A model generated the notes under the pieces. It made no database searches, had not been told where the DNA came from, and saw nothing but the letters and a program-made list of their open reading frames with translations. From Candidatus Cloacimonadales bacterium (GTDB lineage Bacteria; Cloacimonadota; Cloacimonadia; Cloacimonadales; JAFGVF01): a stretch of DNA of 64,000 nucleotides. The translations under genes were made by a program, and so were the position numbers. The DNA lies in assembly GCA_963663475.2 (NCBI GenBank), contig CAXXJV010000001.1, positions 2,144,001 to 2,208,000 of the forward strand, written 5' to 3'. Positions 1-9,579 of the stretch are shown piece after piece. Position 1 is the stretch's first letter. Every line of letters begins with the position of its first letter.

Positions 1-1
1 G

Positions 2-3000
2 TCAGTCCAAGTAGATAATATAGCAGAAATGATTCATAATCTAAACTTATTCTCCTATAGTAATAATAGTAATCAAGGTTATTATAGAAGAGATAACTTA
101 CATTGGTATGGCCAGTTACTTAAAGAAGAAAATATTGAAACTGGAGTAGAAAAAGATAAAGAAAGCTTTATCAAACTTGATTTAGGTAATGTAATTGAAC
201 ATGATTCTAAGAAGATATATATATTAAATTTAATTGGGAAAACAGAAAATGGAGAAGACCTTAACTTAAAGAGAACAAGAAGATATTCTTGGATGAATCA
301 TAAGGTCTCCAAGCTTCTTTTAGCTACTGATTACGCTATCACTGCCAAAGCTTTTGATAATAAAGTGGCTGTAAGGGTGGTTGATGTGCTTTCAGGACAA
401 GCTATTTCTAGGGCTGATGTTGAGCTTAGGGCTTTTAATAATACTTTACTAGCTAGTGGTAAAACTGATAGAAATGGCTGGTTGATTCTTGATCAACTAA
501 ACTATCCATTAGAAAATGGTGACTTTTTTATTATTGCAGAAAAAAGAGATAATATTGGCTTTCTATCTAGTCAATCAATGTATCTAGATAATTCTAAATT
601 TAAAGTGGAAAGTAATTACTCAAATAGTGAATACAAGCTACATGCCTTCCTTGATAGAAATCTCTACAGGCCTGGTGAAGATGTAAATCTTATTGCTATG
701 GTAAGAGATAAAAATAATGAAATAGTCCAAGAAGATATACCCCTCATAGTAACAGTCTATGATGCCAATAATACAAAAGTTATTAGTGAAAAAATTAAAG
801 ATTTAGAAATAGGTCTTGCTACTTATAAGTTTTCAACTAAAGAAAGTTCTATGACAGGTCAATGGCAAATAGAGCTTAAATATGGATCTCTTAAAGAATA
901 TGTTAATTTCACCCTAGAGACTTTTGTTCCTGAGAGAATTAATACTAGTATAAAAACAGATAAAGATTTCTATAATGCTAGGGATAGTAGAGCTAATCTA
1001 GAGCTAGCAAGCAAATATCTCTTTGGTGAACCTTTAGTTGATGCCCTATGTCAGGTCAATATTTCTTATAATCATGACTATTCTTTTGCTAATGATTATT
1101 TTGCTGAATATTCTTTTTATGATGATTACAAAAATTTTGATTATTCTATGTATAGCCAACAAATTACTCTTAAAACAAATAGTAATGGTAGAATAAATAC
1201 AAGAGTTGATTTGTTAAATAATAAGGAAACTTTCAGTCCTTACTTCCTCAATATTCATGCTCAAGTAACAGAAAAGGGAGGGAGACCAATTGAAAGAAAG
1301 CTTGTTTTACCTGTATCACCTCAAGAAAAGTATATTGGACTTAGCAATAACAGGTATCTTAAGGCTAAAGCAGGTGAGTTTTCTCTACCTTTCATTATTG
1401 TTGATGGAAAAGGAAATAAACTTACTGAAGCTAGTCAGATTGAATATGTAGTATATGCTAAACGTGGTTCTTGGTGGTGGGATTATGATGATTTCTATCA
1501 GTCGTCATTTAAAAACTCTGAATCTACTACTATAGTCACTAAGGGGGTAGTTACTAGTGGGAAAGACAATATAATAAAATTCACTCCTAAGTCTTCAGAC
1601 TTCCATGTTTTTATCATTGAAGCCAAGATAACTGGACAAGAAAATTATGAAATTTCCAGAAAGTACTACAATAGCTACTGGGGAGATAGTAGCGAACTAA
1701 CCCAAGATACTTCTCTTGAACTAAAACTTGATAAAGATGAATACCAGATTGGAGACAAAGTTAAATTAAATATCCCTAGCTCAAAGAACAGTTTGCTTTA
1801 TATAACAATATCTAAGCAAGATAAAATTCTAAAACAAGATATTGTAAAATCATCAGAAAATGGAAATTATATCTATGAGTTTACTACAGATAAGGACATG
1901 GTTCCAAATATCTACGCTGATGTAAGAGTTATTCAAGGCCAGAATGAAATTGAAAATGACTTGCCATTACGACTCTATGGTATAATTCCAATAAGAGTTA
2001 TTGATAAAGCTAGTAAACTAGATATCACCTTAGATATTCCTGAAAGAATATCATCTAACTCTAGGTTAGAAGGAAGCATTGATGTAGGTGTTAGAAAGAA
2101 AACTAAGTATATTGTTTCTGTAGTTGATCAAGGGTTAATTAACAAAACAAACTACAAAATCCCTAATCCTTGGTCATTATTCTACCAATCTGAAGCTTAT
2201 TATGGCCGTGATTTTGATAATTTCTCCTACTTTATTAATGCCCAACAATTAGATATATTTAGAAGTATTCTGATTGGTGGTGGCCTTTATGAGTCAGAGG
2301 CAAGTTTTCTTGCTATGGGTAAGGATGGCCTTGCTAGCCTAAGAGAAATGAATAGACTTCAAGAAACAGGAGTACAAAGATTTAACCCAGTTACTTACTT
2401 CCTTGGAATCTTAGAAACTGATAACAATGGTAAAGGTGATTTTCATATTGATATTGAAGATTATACTGGTAGCCTCAAGGTTTGTGTCATAGCTGTAAAT
2501 GAACAAGCCTTTGGACAAGCAACTAAATATACTATTGTTAAAGATAAAATTATAACTATGCCAACCTTACCAAGAGTTTTAACTCCTCAGGATGAAATTG
2601 AAATACCAGTAAATGTTATTATTGACGATGATATAAAGAGTCCTGTAGCAATTAGCTTATCTACTAATGAACTAGTTCAAGTGAGTTCACAAACTTCTTT
2701 TACTATCCCACAAGGAGAAAAATCTGCTTTGCTTATCTTCAAGGCTAAAGTCCTTGATAATACAGGTAAAGCTACTTTTAAATTTACTTCTAATAGTAAG
2801 AAATTTAGTGGAGAAAAGAATATCGAGATAGGGGTAAGATTACCAGCTCCTTATGAAACTGATTCACAAGTTCTAGAATTTAAAGATAACTTAATTAATT
2901 TAACTATTCCTAATAAAGGATTTGCTAACAGTAATCAAGTCTATCTTACTTTTACCCAAGGCCTAGTCTTTGATGCTGATCAGCTAGTCCAACAATCTCT

Positions 3001-4366
3001 TCGTTACCCTTATGGGGGAGCTGTGATGAAAACAGCGCTAACATTTAATCAACTACTCTTAAGCAACTTTGTTAAGGATATTAATTTAAGAAATAGACTT
3101 GATCAAGGTATTAACACTTACTTCCAAAATATTGTTAAATATAATCGCCAAGGCTTATACGAATGGCAAGGATCTTGGAAAGAAAGTTCAGAACGAAAAT
3201 TACTAAATATCTATGCTCTTCATACTGCCATAATTGCTAAAGAAAAAGGCTATAATATAAACGAGTTTGTTTATTCTGAAATATTGAACTATCTGTCTCA
3301 GAGTAAAACTGATAGAAAAGAGATTGATTTCGAAGATGCTTACCAACTCTATGTATTAGCCTTAGCTGGCCAAGCTGATATTGCTAAATTAAATTACTAC
3401 ATTGAGAAAAGAGGGATAAAAGTTAATAGTAATGCTATCAATATGCTGTATATGGCCTATGGTGAATCAGGCTTTGATATCAAGACAATTGAAAAAGACT
3501 TGAAACCTGTAATTGTTATTAATGATCAAATGTCTAGCAGAATTCTTAATCCTATAGAGGAAGTTCAGTCTGCTTTAGAACTCTACCTTAATTCTATATA
3601 TAAGAATAGCAATGGAGAGGATAAAGCTAAAAACATGGCTAAAGCTAACGCTATTGCTAATAAACTATCTCAAAGCAACTACTGGAATTATTATGACATG
3701 AGCTGGAACTTATTTGGATTATCTGCATATATAAGTAACCTGCCCAAAGACTTTAATGATTATCAAACTCAGGAACTGCAAGTATCATCAGCATCTGAGA
3801 CTAATAAGATTAAAGTCAATGACTTCAGCTCATTAGATTTGACTCCTTATAAAGGACAAAAACTTGAGATTAAAGGTCTTTCAAATAAAAGTGAAAATGT
3901 TATGGTTACCCTCTACAATACTTATGTTCCTAAGATTGAAGATACCAAAACATATTCAAATGATATTGAATTATTCATTACTTATCAAGACCTTGATGGA
4001 AATAAACTAGATATATCTTCTCTTAAACAAGGACAGATCTTTATTGTTAATTTCGAAGTAATTCCCAAAGAATCAAAAAATGATTTTGCTCTTACCTATA
4101 TTTTACCTTCAGGTTGGGAATTTGCTTCTCAGGATGAATCAAAGATGGTCGTTAAGCCTAACATGGCTAAACCTGAATATGTTGACCTCCGTGATGATAG
4201 AGCTATTCTCTATGGTAAGGCAAACTATTTTTCCAGAATAGGCCACCAGCTGATTATTAATGCTGTCTCTAAAGGGAAATATATTATTCCCGCAGCGTCT
4301 GTTGAAGACCTTTACAACCCTGAGATTAGAGCAAGTATCAAGGGAAAAATCATAGAAGTAAAATAA
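2..4366 (+). CDS. Bacterial alpha-2-macroglobulin family protein (MG2/YfhM-like), 5'-truncated by the window edge
   Basis: Frame is open from position 2. Has LDRNLYRPGE (MG2 motif), FVPERI, TLPRVL, YPYG and YVDLRDDR, and lies directly upstream of pbpC. The thioester CxEQ is replaced by GAVMK. Confidence 0.92.
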   Translation, partial: SVQVDNIAEMIHNLNLFSYSNNSNQGYYRRDNLHWYGQLLKEENIETGVEKDKESFIKLDLGNVIEHDSKKIYILNLIGKTENGEDLNLKRTRRYSWMNHKVSKLLLATDYAITAKAFDNKVAVRVVDVLSGQAISRADVELRAFNNTLLASGKTDRNGWLILDQLNYPLENGDFFIIAEKRDNIGFLSSQSMYLDNSKFKVESNYSNSEYKLHAFLDRNLYRPGEDVNLIAMVRDKNNEIVQEDIPLIVTVYDANNTKVISEKIKDLEIGLATYKFSTKESSMTGQWQIELKYGSLKEYVNFTLETFVPERINTSIKTDKDFYNARDSRANLELASKYLFGEPLVDALCQVNISYNHDYSFANDYFAEYSFYDDYKNFDYSMYSQQITLKTNSNGRINTRVDLLNNKETFSPYFLNIHAQVTEKGGRPIERKLVLPVSPQEKYIGLSNNRYLKAKAGEFSLPFIIVDGKGNKLTEASQIEYVVYAKRGSWWWDYDDFYQSSFKNSESTTIVTKGVVTSGKDNIIKFTPKSSDFHVFIIEAKITGQENYEISRKYYNSYWGDSSELTQDTSLELKLDKDEYQIGDKVKLNIPSSKNSLLYITISKQDKILKQDIVKSSENGNYIYEFTTDKDMVPNIYADVRVIQGQNEIENDLPLRLYGIIPIRVIDKASKLDITLDIPERISSNSRLEGSIDVGVRKKTKYIVSVVDQGLINKTNYKIPNPWSLFYQSEAYYGRDFDNFSYFINAQQLDIFRSILIGGGLYESEASFLAMGKDGLASLREMNRLQETGVQRFNPVTYFLGILETDNNGKGDFHIDIEDYTGSLKVCVIAVNEQAFGQATKYTIVKDKIITMPTLPRVLTPQDEIEIPVNVIIDDDIKSPVAISLSTNELVQVSSQTSFTIPQGEKSALLIFKAKVLDNTGKATFKFTSNSKKFSGEKNIEIGVRLPAPYETDSQVLEFKDNLINLTIPNKGFANSNQVYLTFTQGLVFDADQLVQQSLRYPYGGAVMKTALTFNQLLLSNFVKDINLRNRLDQGINTYFQNIVKYNRQGLYEWQGSWKESSERKLLNIYALHTAIIAKEKGYNINEFVYSEILNYLSQSKTDRKEIDFEDAYQLYVLALAGQADIAKLNYYIEKRGIKVNSNAINMLYMAYGESGFDIKTIEKDLKPVIVINDQMSSRILNPIEEVQSALELYLNSIYKNSNGEDKAKNMAKANAIANKLSQSNYWNYYDMSWNLFGLSAYISNLPKDFNDYQTQELQVSSASETNKIKVNDFSSLDLTPYKGQKLEIKGLSNKSENVMVTLYNTYVPKIEDTKTYSNDIELFITYQDLDGNKLDISSLKQGQIFIVNFEVIPKESKNDFALTYILPSGWEFASQDESKMVVKPNMAKPEYVDLRDDRAILYGKANYFSRIGHQLIINAVSKGKYIIPAASVEDLYNPEIRASIKGKIIEVK

Positions 4367-4369
4367 TAC

Positions 4370-6706
4370 TTGTCTAGGTCAGAATCTTTAGTCATGATTA
4401 TGCAAAGAAAGAAAATTAAAATACTTGGTCTGCTATTAGTTATTTTTACTCTTAGTTTCTTAGGCTCAATTATTTTTATTCATGCACCTAAAGATTCTGA
4501 CTGGGACTATTCTTCTCAAATTTTAGATGAAAATGGTAAATTCTTAAGAGTTTATCTGGATGTAAATGACCAATGGCACTTAGCCTACAATGCTCCTATA
4601 CCAGAAAAATTAAAGATAGCTATTCTTCAATTTGAAGATAAACACTTCTACTCCCATCCAGGCATTAATCCCTTCTCAATACTCAGAGCTTTATATACTA
4701 ATATCTCTGCTGGGACCATAGTGAGCGGCGGTTCTACTATAACTATGCAAGTAGCTAGACTTTACTCTCAAGGAGATAGAAATCTTCTTAATAAAATAAA
4801 AGAAGCTCTTATCTCCATTAAATTAGAAGTATTGAACACTAAAGATGAAATCCTTCTCACTTACCTTAATAATGCACCTTACGGAAGCAATATTGTTGGT
4901 ATAGAGACTGCTGCTTATAAATACTATGGCAAAAAAATTCAAGAACTAACCTGGGCTGAAGCTTGCCTCTTTGCAGTCTTACCTAATAATCCTGGCTATC
5001 TATTCCCAGGTAGCAATACTAACAGACTAAAAGATAAAAGAGATAAACTTCTTAATAAACTTAAAGAACAAGGTTATCTTACTGATAATGAATACAAAAA
5101 TTCAATTAGAGAAAGGATCCCAAACAAGCATTACTCTTTCCCTCTCTTAGCCCCCCACTTAAGTGATAAACTCCACAGTCAAGGACCAGCTATCTACAAT
5201 ACCACTATTAATGGTGATTTGCAAAAGAAACTTGAAGATTTAGCTATCAGAAAAGGGTATTTATTAAATACTATGGGAATTAAGAATTTAGCAATCCTAG
5301 TTAGTGATACTAAAAATCACCAAGTAAAAGCTTATATAGGTTCTCAAAACTATTTTTCTAAATCCACTAATGGCTTTAATGATGGAGTACTTGCTTTAAG
5401 ATCCTCTGGGTCAATACTTAAACCCTTTATTTATGGATATGGACTTGAGAAAGGATTAATAACTCCTAACTCTCTCTTAGAAGATACTAAACAAAATTAT
5501 GGTATGTTACTACCCCAGAACTATGATAAGCAATATAGAGGATTAGTTACAGTTTCTCAAGCCCTACAAAAGTCACTTAATATCCCAGCTTATGAGATTA
5601 CTCAAAAAATAGGTCTCTATGATGTAACCTCAGTTCTCAAAAGTGTAGGAATGACAAGCTTGACAAGAGATCCTTCAACTTATGGTCTTTCAATCTGTGT
5701 AGGAGGAGCGGAAACTAATCTCTGGGATCTCAGTCAAATGTACCAGACTCTGGGAAATTATGGACAGTATAATAAGCTAAGTGTCCTTAAAGATAGTGAA
5801 GCTCATCAAAAGACAAGTCTGCTATCTCCTGCAAGTTCTTATCAAATTCTAGACATCTTAAGAGGTCTTAAAGTTCCTGATTCCTTTCCCGCAAATAATC
5901 TTAATATAGCTTGGAAAACGGGAACAAGTAATGGTTTTAGAGATGCTTGGGCTGTTGGACTTAATGAAGATTGGACAATTGCGGTTTGGGCAGGAAACTT
6001 CACAGGAGAAGGCAATCATAAGCTATCAGGAAGAAACATTGCAGGTGATATTCTTTTCCAAGTTGCTAGTGGTTTAATCTCTCCTCATGCTAGTTTTTTT
6101 ATAAAGCCTTGGTCTGATTTAAAACAAGTTCCAATCTGCCAAGTATCAGGGTATAGTCCAACTAAAAATTGCCAGGATACCCTTTGGATAGATGTACCCA
6201 AGAATGCTAACATATTACCTAACTGCCCTTATCATAAAAGTGTAGTTGTGGATAGTGAGGAAACAATGCAAGTATGTTCAGATTGCTGGCAAGGTATTAA
6301 ACATAAGACTATTTCTGTCTTGGACTATCCCCCTAATGTAGATTATCACCTTAAAGAAAATTCTATCACTTACCCTAAGTTACCTAAACATAATCCACAA
6401 TGCACAAGAATTCAAGAGGAAGAAAAATTAATTATTAAGTATCCAATCAACAATAGTAAAATCTATTTACCTATTGACTTGAATGGAAAAATAAACTCTT
6501 TCCAGGCTGAAGCAGTTTCTGATCATGACCAGCTATATTGGTTTCTAAATAATAAATTCTTAGGGAAAACTACTAAAGTTCATAAACTAGATATTAAAAC
6601 AAATCCTGGTAAAAAGCACTTACACCTAGTTTCTCAAGAAGGCCTTTCAACACAAATAACTTTTGAAATAATTGTTAACTCAAATAAAACCTTTAACCCA
6701 GAATAA
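4370..6706 (+). CDS. pbpC: Penicillin-binding protein 1C (transglycosylase/transpeptidase)
   Basis: Transglycosylase motifs EDKHFYSHPG and GGSTITMQVAR; transpeptidase SxxK (GSILK) and KTGT; C-terminal PBP1C domain; paired with A2M. True start may be ATG 4394 or 4400. Confidence 0.93.
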   Translation: MSRSESLVMIMQRKKIKILGLLLVIFTLSFLGSIIFIHAPKDSDWDYSSQILDENGKFLRVYLDVNDQWHLAYNAPIPEKLKIAILQFEDKHFYSHPGINPFSILRALYTNISAGTIVSGGSTITMQVARLYSQGDRNLLNKIKEALISIKLEVLNTKDEILLTYLNNAPYGSNIVGIETAAYKYYGKKIQELTWAEACLFAVLPNNPGYLFPGSNTNRLKDKRDKLLNKLKEQGYLTDNEYKNSIRERIPNKHYSFPLLAPHLSDKLHSQGPAIYNTTINGDLQKKLEDLAIRKGYLLNTMGIKNLAILVSDTKNHQVKAYIGSQNYFSKSTNGFNDGVLALRSSGSILKPFIYGYGLEKGLITPNSLLEDTKQNYGMLLPQNYDKQYRGLVTVSQALQKSLNIPAYEITQKIGLYDVTSVLKSVGMTSLTRDPSTYGLSICVGGAETNLWDLSQMYQTLGNYGQYNKLSVLKDSEAHQKTSLLSPASSYQILDILRGLKVPDSFPANNLNIAWKTGTSNGFRDAWAVGLNEDWTIAVWAGNFTGEGNHKLSGRNIAGDILFQVASGLISPHASFFIKPWSDLKQVPICQVSGYSPTKNCQDTLWIDVPKNANILPNCPYHKSVVVDSEETMQVCSDCWQGIKHKTISVLDYPPNVDYHLKENSITYPKLPKHNPQCTRIQEEEKLIIKYPINNSKIYLPIDLNGKINSFQAEAVSDHDQLYWFLNNKFLGKTTKVHKLDIKTNPGKKHLHLVSQEGLSTQITFEIIVNSNKTFNPE

Positions 6707-6729
6707 TGCAGTAGCCCCTTGCGAATAGC

Positions 6730-6777
6730 AGAATCTAGCACTCTTCACTAAAGCTCTACTACTCTATCTGTGTTTAA
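6730..6777. repeat. Degenerate intergenic repeat, family A copy 1
   Basis: AGAATCTAGCACTCTTCACTAAAGCTCTACT matches 9473-9503 at 28/31 positions and aligns with 23261-23307. Confidence 0.65.
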
Positions 6778-6950
6778 CCCTGGTAACTAACTATAATTAT
6801 CGAAAAGAACTAGTAGAAAATAAAGCTTAGTTAGCTTGCGAAAGAAAAACTTTCTCTTTCTCTTATAATTTATTCGCTATTCAAGATAAAAGAAGATTGA
6901 CATAATAAGCCTTTTGAAAAAACTTAAATAAACTAAATAAGGATTTATAT

Positions 6951-7718
6951 ATGAAATTAAGAATAATAACACTAATGATTATGCTTGTTACCTGCTCTTT
7001 ATTTGCAATCCAAGATCAGGAAAGATTAACCTTTAATATCAGGTATGGTATTGTATCTGCAGCAGAAGCAGAACTTTTTACCCGCTATATAATTCATACT
7101 GATTCGATCTATACTGAACCTATTGAAGCATTGAAGGTAACTTCTAAAGCAGAAACTTATTCCTTTTTTGATGTCTTTTTTAAAGTCAGAGATAGGATAA
7201 CATCCATTTCTGAACAAGATAGTGGCAAAGCTATCTATTATGAGAAGAACCTGAGAGAAGGTGGCTATAAACAAAGAAGACTCCATTATTATGATAGAGA
7301 AAATGAAAACTGTATCTATCAAAAATGGTCTTTTGGAAGAAAAGAATTCTCAACCAAAAATATCCCCATTACTAAAGATACTTATGACTTCTTAGGAGCA
7401 TTTTATCATATTAGACAAGAAGAATTAGCCGTTGGCGATACTATTAGGCTAACCATGTCTGGAGATGGTGTAACCTTTGATGCTAATATCGTTGTTCATG
7501 AAAGAGAAAAACTAAAAACTATTTTCGGTAAAAAGAACTGTCTGAAAATAGAACCTCAACTTACCCAAGAGACAATCTTTAAAAATTCAGGTAAGATTTA
7601 TATCTGGTTAACCGATGATGAATTTAAAATTCCTGTAAAAATGGAATCTGAAGTTAAATTCGGTTCCTTTGTAGCTGATTTGAAAGATGCCGAAAATGTA
7701 GGGTTGAAGATAAAATAA
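6951..7718 (+). CDS. DUF3108-like exported protein
   Basis: Signal peptide; ERLTFNIRYG, FFKVRD and IWLTDDEFKIPVKM..VKFGS are typical of DUF3108. Confidence 0.75.
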   Translation: MKLRIITLMIMLVTCSLFAIQDQERLTFNIRYGIVSAAEAELFTRYIIHTDSIYTEPIEALKVTSKAETYSFFDVFFKVRDRITSISEQDSGKAIYYEKNLREGGYKQRRLHYYDRENENCIYQKWSFGRKEFSTKNIPITKDTYDFLGAFYHIRQEELAVGDTIRLTMSGDGVTFDANIVVHEREKLKTIFGKKNCLKIEPQLTQETIFKNSGKIYIWLTDDEFKIPVKMESEVKFGSFVADLKDAENVGLKIK

Positions 7719-7854
7719 AAAGTATATTTTAACTTAAAAAACACTAATCTCTAGCTTTATTTCATAGCAAGCTATGGGGATTTATAGGAAAAAATACTGG
7801 ACTGTTTTTCTTTAACATTATTTATTGTTATTCAATCTATTTTTCGGAGGATGT

Positions 7855-8853
7855 ATGAATAGAAAAGTTTCTTTAACTGGTATAAAACCAACTGGTATGC
7901 CACATCTTGGCAACTTTGTTGGTTCAATCAGACCTGCTTTGGAGCTGGCAAAAGATTATGATGCTCGTTACTTTATTGCAGATTATCATGCTTTAAATCA
8001 AATAAAAGACCCAAAAAAAATAAGAGATATGACTTTTGAGGTAGCTTCAGCTTGGTTAGCTTGTGGTTTAGACCCCCAACAAGTTCTCTTTTATCGTCAA
8101 TCAGATGTTCCTGAAACCTTTGAGCTAGCTATCGCCTTAATGGCCTTCACTCCTAAAGGTTTAATGAATAGAGCCCATGCCTACAAGGCTATTGTTCAAA
8201 AAAATGAAGAAGAAGGAAACCCTCTTGATGATGGGGTAAATATTGGTCTCTTTACTTATCCTGTCTTAATGGCTGCTGATATTCTACTTTTTGACGCTGA
8301 TATAGTCCCTGTAGGTAAAGACCAACTTCAACACATTGAAATGGCAAATGATATTGCCCAATCCCTAAACTTCAACTATAAAGAAGAAATTCTTAAACTA
8401 CCAAAACCTTATACCCATGCTGATGCTGGTATTATTGTCGGACTAGATGGTAGAAAAATGAGTAAAAGTTACAACAATGAAATTTCTCTCTTCCTACCAG
8501 AAAAGAAACTTAGAAAAACTATTATGAAAATAGTTACTAATTCTCAGACTATTGAAGAAGTTAAAGATCCTGACCAGTGCAATGTCTTCTCTCTTTATAA
8601 AGTCTTTGCCACACCTGACCAACAAGCTGAACTAAGAAAAAGATATTTAGCTGGTGGAATGGGTTGGGGAGAGGCAAAACAAGCCCTCTTTGAAGCAGTA
8701 AATGACCAACTAAAAGAACCAAGAGAAAAATATTTTGACCTATTAGAGAATAGAGACTATGTTGATAAGATCTTGATTGAAGGTGCTGAAAAAGCGAGAG
8801 ATATAGCTTCAGCTACCATTAAAAGATTAAGAAAATCTATCGGTATTGATTAA
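7855..8853 (+). CDS. trpS: Tryptophan--tRNA ligase
   Basis: TGIKPTG, HLGN (HIGH motif), YPVLMAADIL, VPVGKDQ, KMSKS. Start moved to ATG 7855, which follows a GGAGG RBS. Confidence 0.97.
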   Translation: MNRKVSLTGIKPTGMPHLGNFVGSIRPALELAKDYDARYFIADYHALNQIKDPKKIRDMTFEVASAWLACGLDPQQVLFYRQSDVPETFELAIALMAFTPKGLMNRAHAYKAIVQKNEEEGNPLDDGVNIGLFTYPVLMAADILLFDADIVPVGKDQLQHIEMANDIAQSLNFNYKEEILKLPKPYTHADAGIIVGLDGRKMSKSYNNEISLFLPEKKLRKTIMKIVTNSQTIEEVKDPDQCNVFSLYKVFATPDQQAELRKRYLAGGMGWGEAKQALFEAVNDQLKEPREKYFDLLENRDYVDKILIEGAEKARDIASATIKRLRKSIGID

Positions 8854-8937
8854 AAATTATTTAAAATATTAGAAAATATTCTTGACAAAAAAACTAACTT
8901 AAATTTATATGAGTAAACTTATCGCAAGGGAGAAAAA

Positions 8938-9318
8938 ATGGAAATATTTCTTTTAGTAATACATATACTTATTAGTATTGCTTTGGTCTTATTGATCTTA
9001 GCTCAAACTTCTAAGGGTAATGGATTAGATAGTAATTTAGGCGGAGCTGCTTCTAACGTTTTTGGAAGTTCTGCTTCTGAAATGTTGAAAAAATGGACTC
9101 AGATTATCGGAGGACTTTTCTTGATCTCTTGTGTCTTCTTAGCTATTAATGTTAAGTCAGGTAAGTCAGTTGATAATGTTGCTCCAGCATCAACAGGTCA
9201 AGTCAACACTCAAGAGACTTCACCTGCACAAGAATTAGATCTCGAAGAAGGCGATATTCAGGAAATACCTGCTACTGAAGAAACTTCAGAAACAGCAAGT
9301 GAAACACCTGTAAGATAA
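8938..9318 (+). CDS. secG: Preprotein translocase subunit SecG
   Basis: Two TM helices linked by LAQTSKGNGL..LGG; acidic tail; followed by tRNA-Leu as in the common secG-leuU synteny. Confidence 0.9.
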   Translation: MEIFLLVIHILISIALVLLILAQTSKGNGLDSNLGGAASNVFGSSASEMLKKWTQIIGGLFLISCVFLAINVKSGKSVDNVAPASTGQVNTQETSPAQELDLEEGDIQEIPATEETSETASETPVR

Positions 9319-9329
9319 AACTTTTAAAA

Positions 9330-9417
9330 GCAGGAGTGGTGGAATTGGCAGACACGCAAGACTAAGGATCTTGTGCCCATTGCGGGTGTGCGGGTTCAAG
9401 TCCCGCCTTCTGCACCA
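9330..9417 (+). tRNA. tRNA-Leu, anticodon AAG
   Basis: Acceptor stem GCAGGAG/CTTCTGC, discriminator A, encoded CCA; D-loop GG; anticodon stem CAAGA/TCTTG with loop CTAAGGA (anticodon 9364-9366); long variable arm; T-arm GCGGG-TTCAAGT-CCCGC. Confidence 0.96.
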
Positions 9418-9422
9418 AACTT

Positions 9423-9449
9423 AAAAGCCCAACATTGTTGGGCTTTTTT
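9423..9449 (+). terminator. Intrinsic terminator after tRNA-Leu (possibly bidirectional)
   Basis: AAAAGCCCAACA-T-TGTTGGGCTTTTTT inverted repeat with a T tract. Confidence 0.85.
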
Positions 9450-9472
9450 GCTATTAAGAATTAAGTGCTAAA

Positions 9473-9520
9473 AGAATCTAGTGCTCTTCACTAAAGTTCT
9501 ACTGCACCATTCGGGATTAA
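9473..9520. repeat. Degenerate intergenic repeat, family A copy 2
   Basis: AGAATCTAGTGCTCTTCACTAAAGTTCTACT; see 6730-6777. Confidence 0.65.
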
Positions 9521-9579
9521 ATTAATATCGCAAGAAAGAAAATTAAAAGTTTTTAGATGTAACTTTCAAGAAATCTAAA

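Noticed and set aside
7719-7854. T-box or attenuator upstream of trpS
   Set aside because: The spacer is short and lacks the GGTGG-ACC T-box motif.
9410-9509. Genomic-island att duplication of the tRNA 3' end (CTGCACCA at 9502-9509)
   Set aside because: Only 8 nt, within 100 bp of the tRNA and inside a repeat copy; no integrase in the window.
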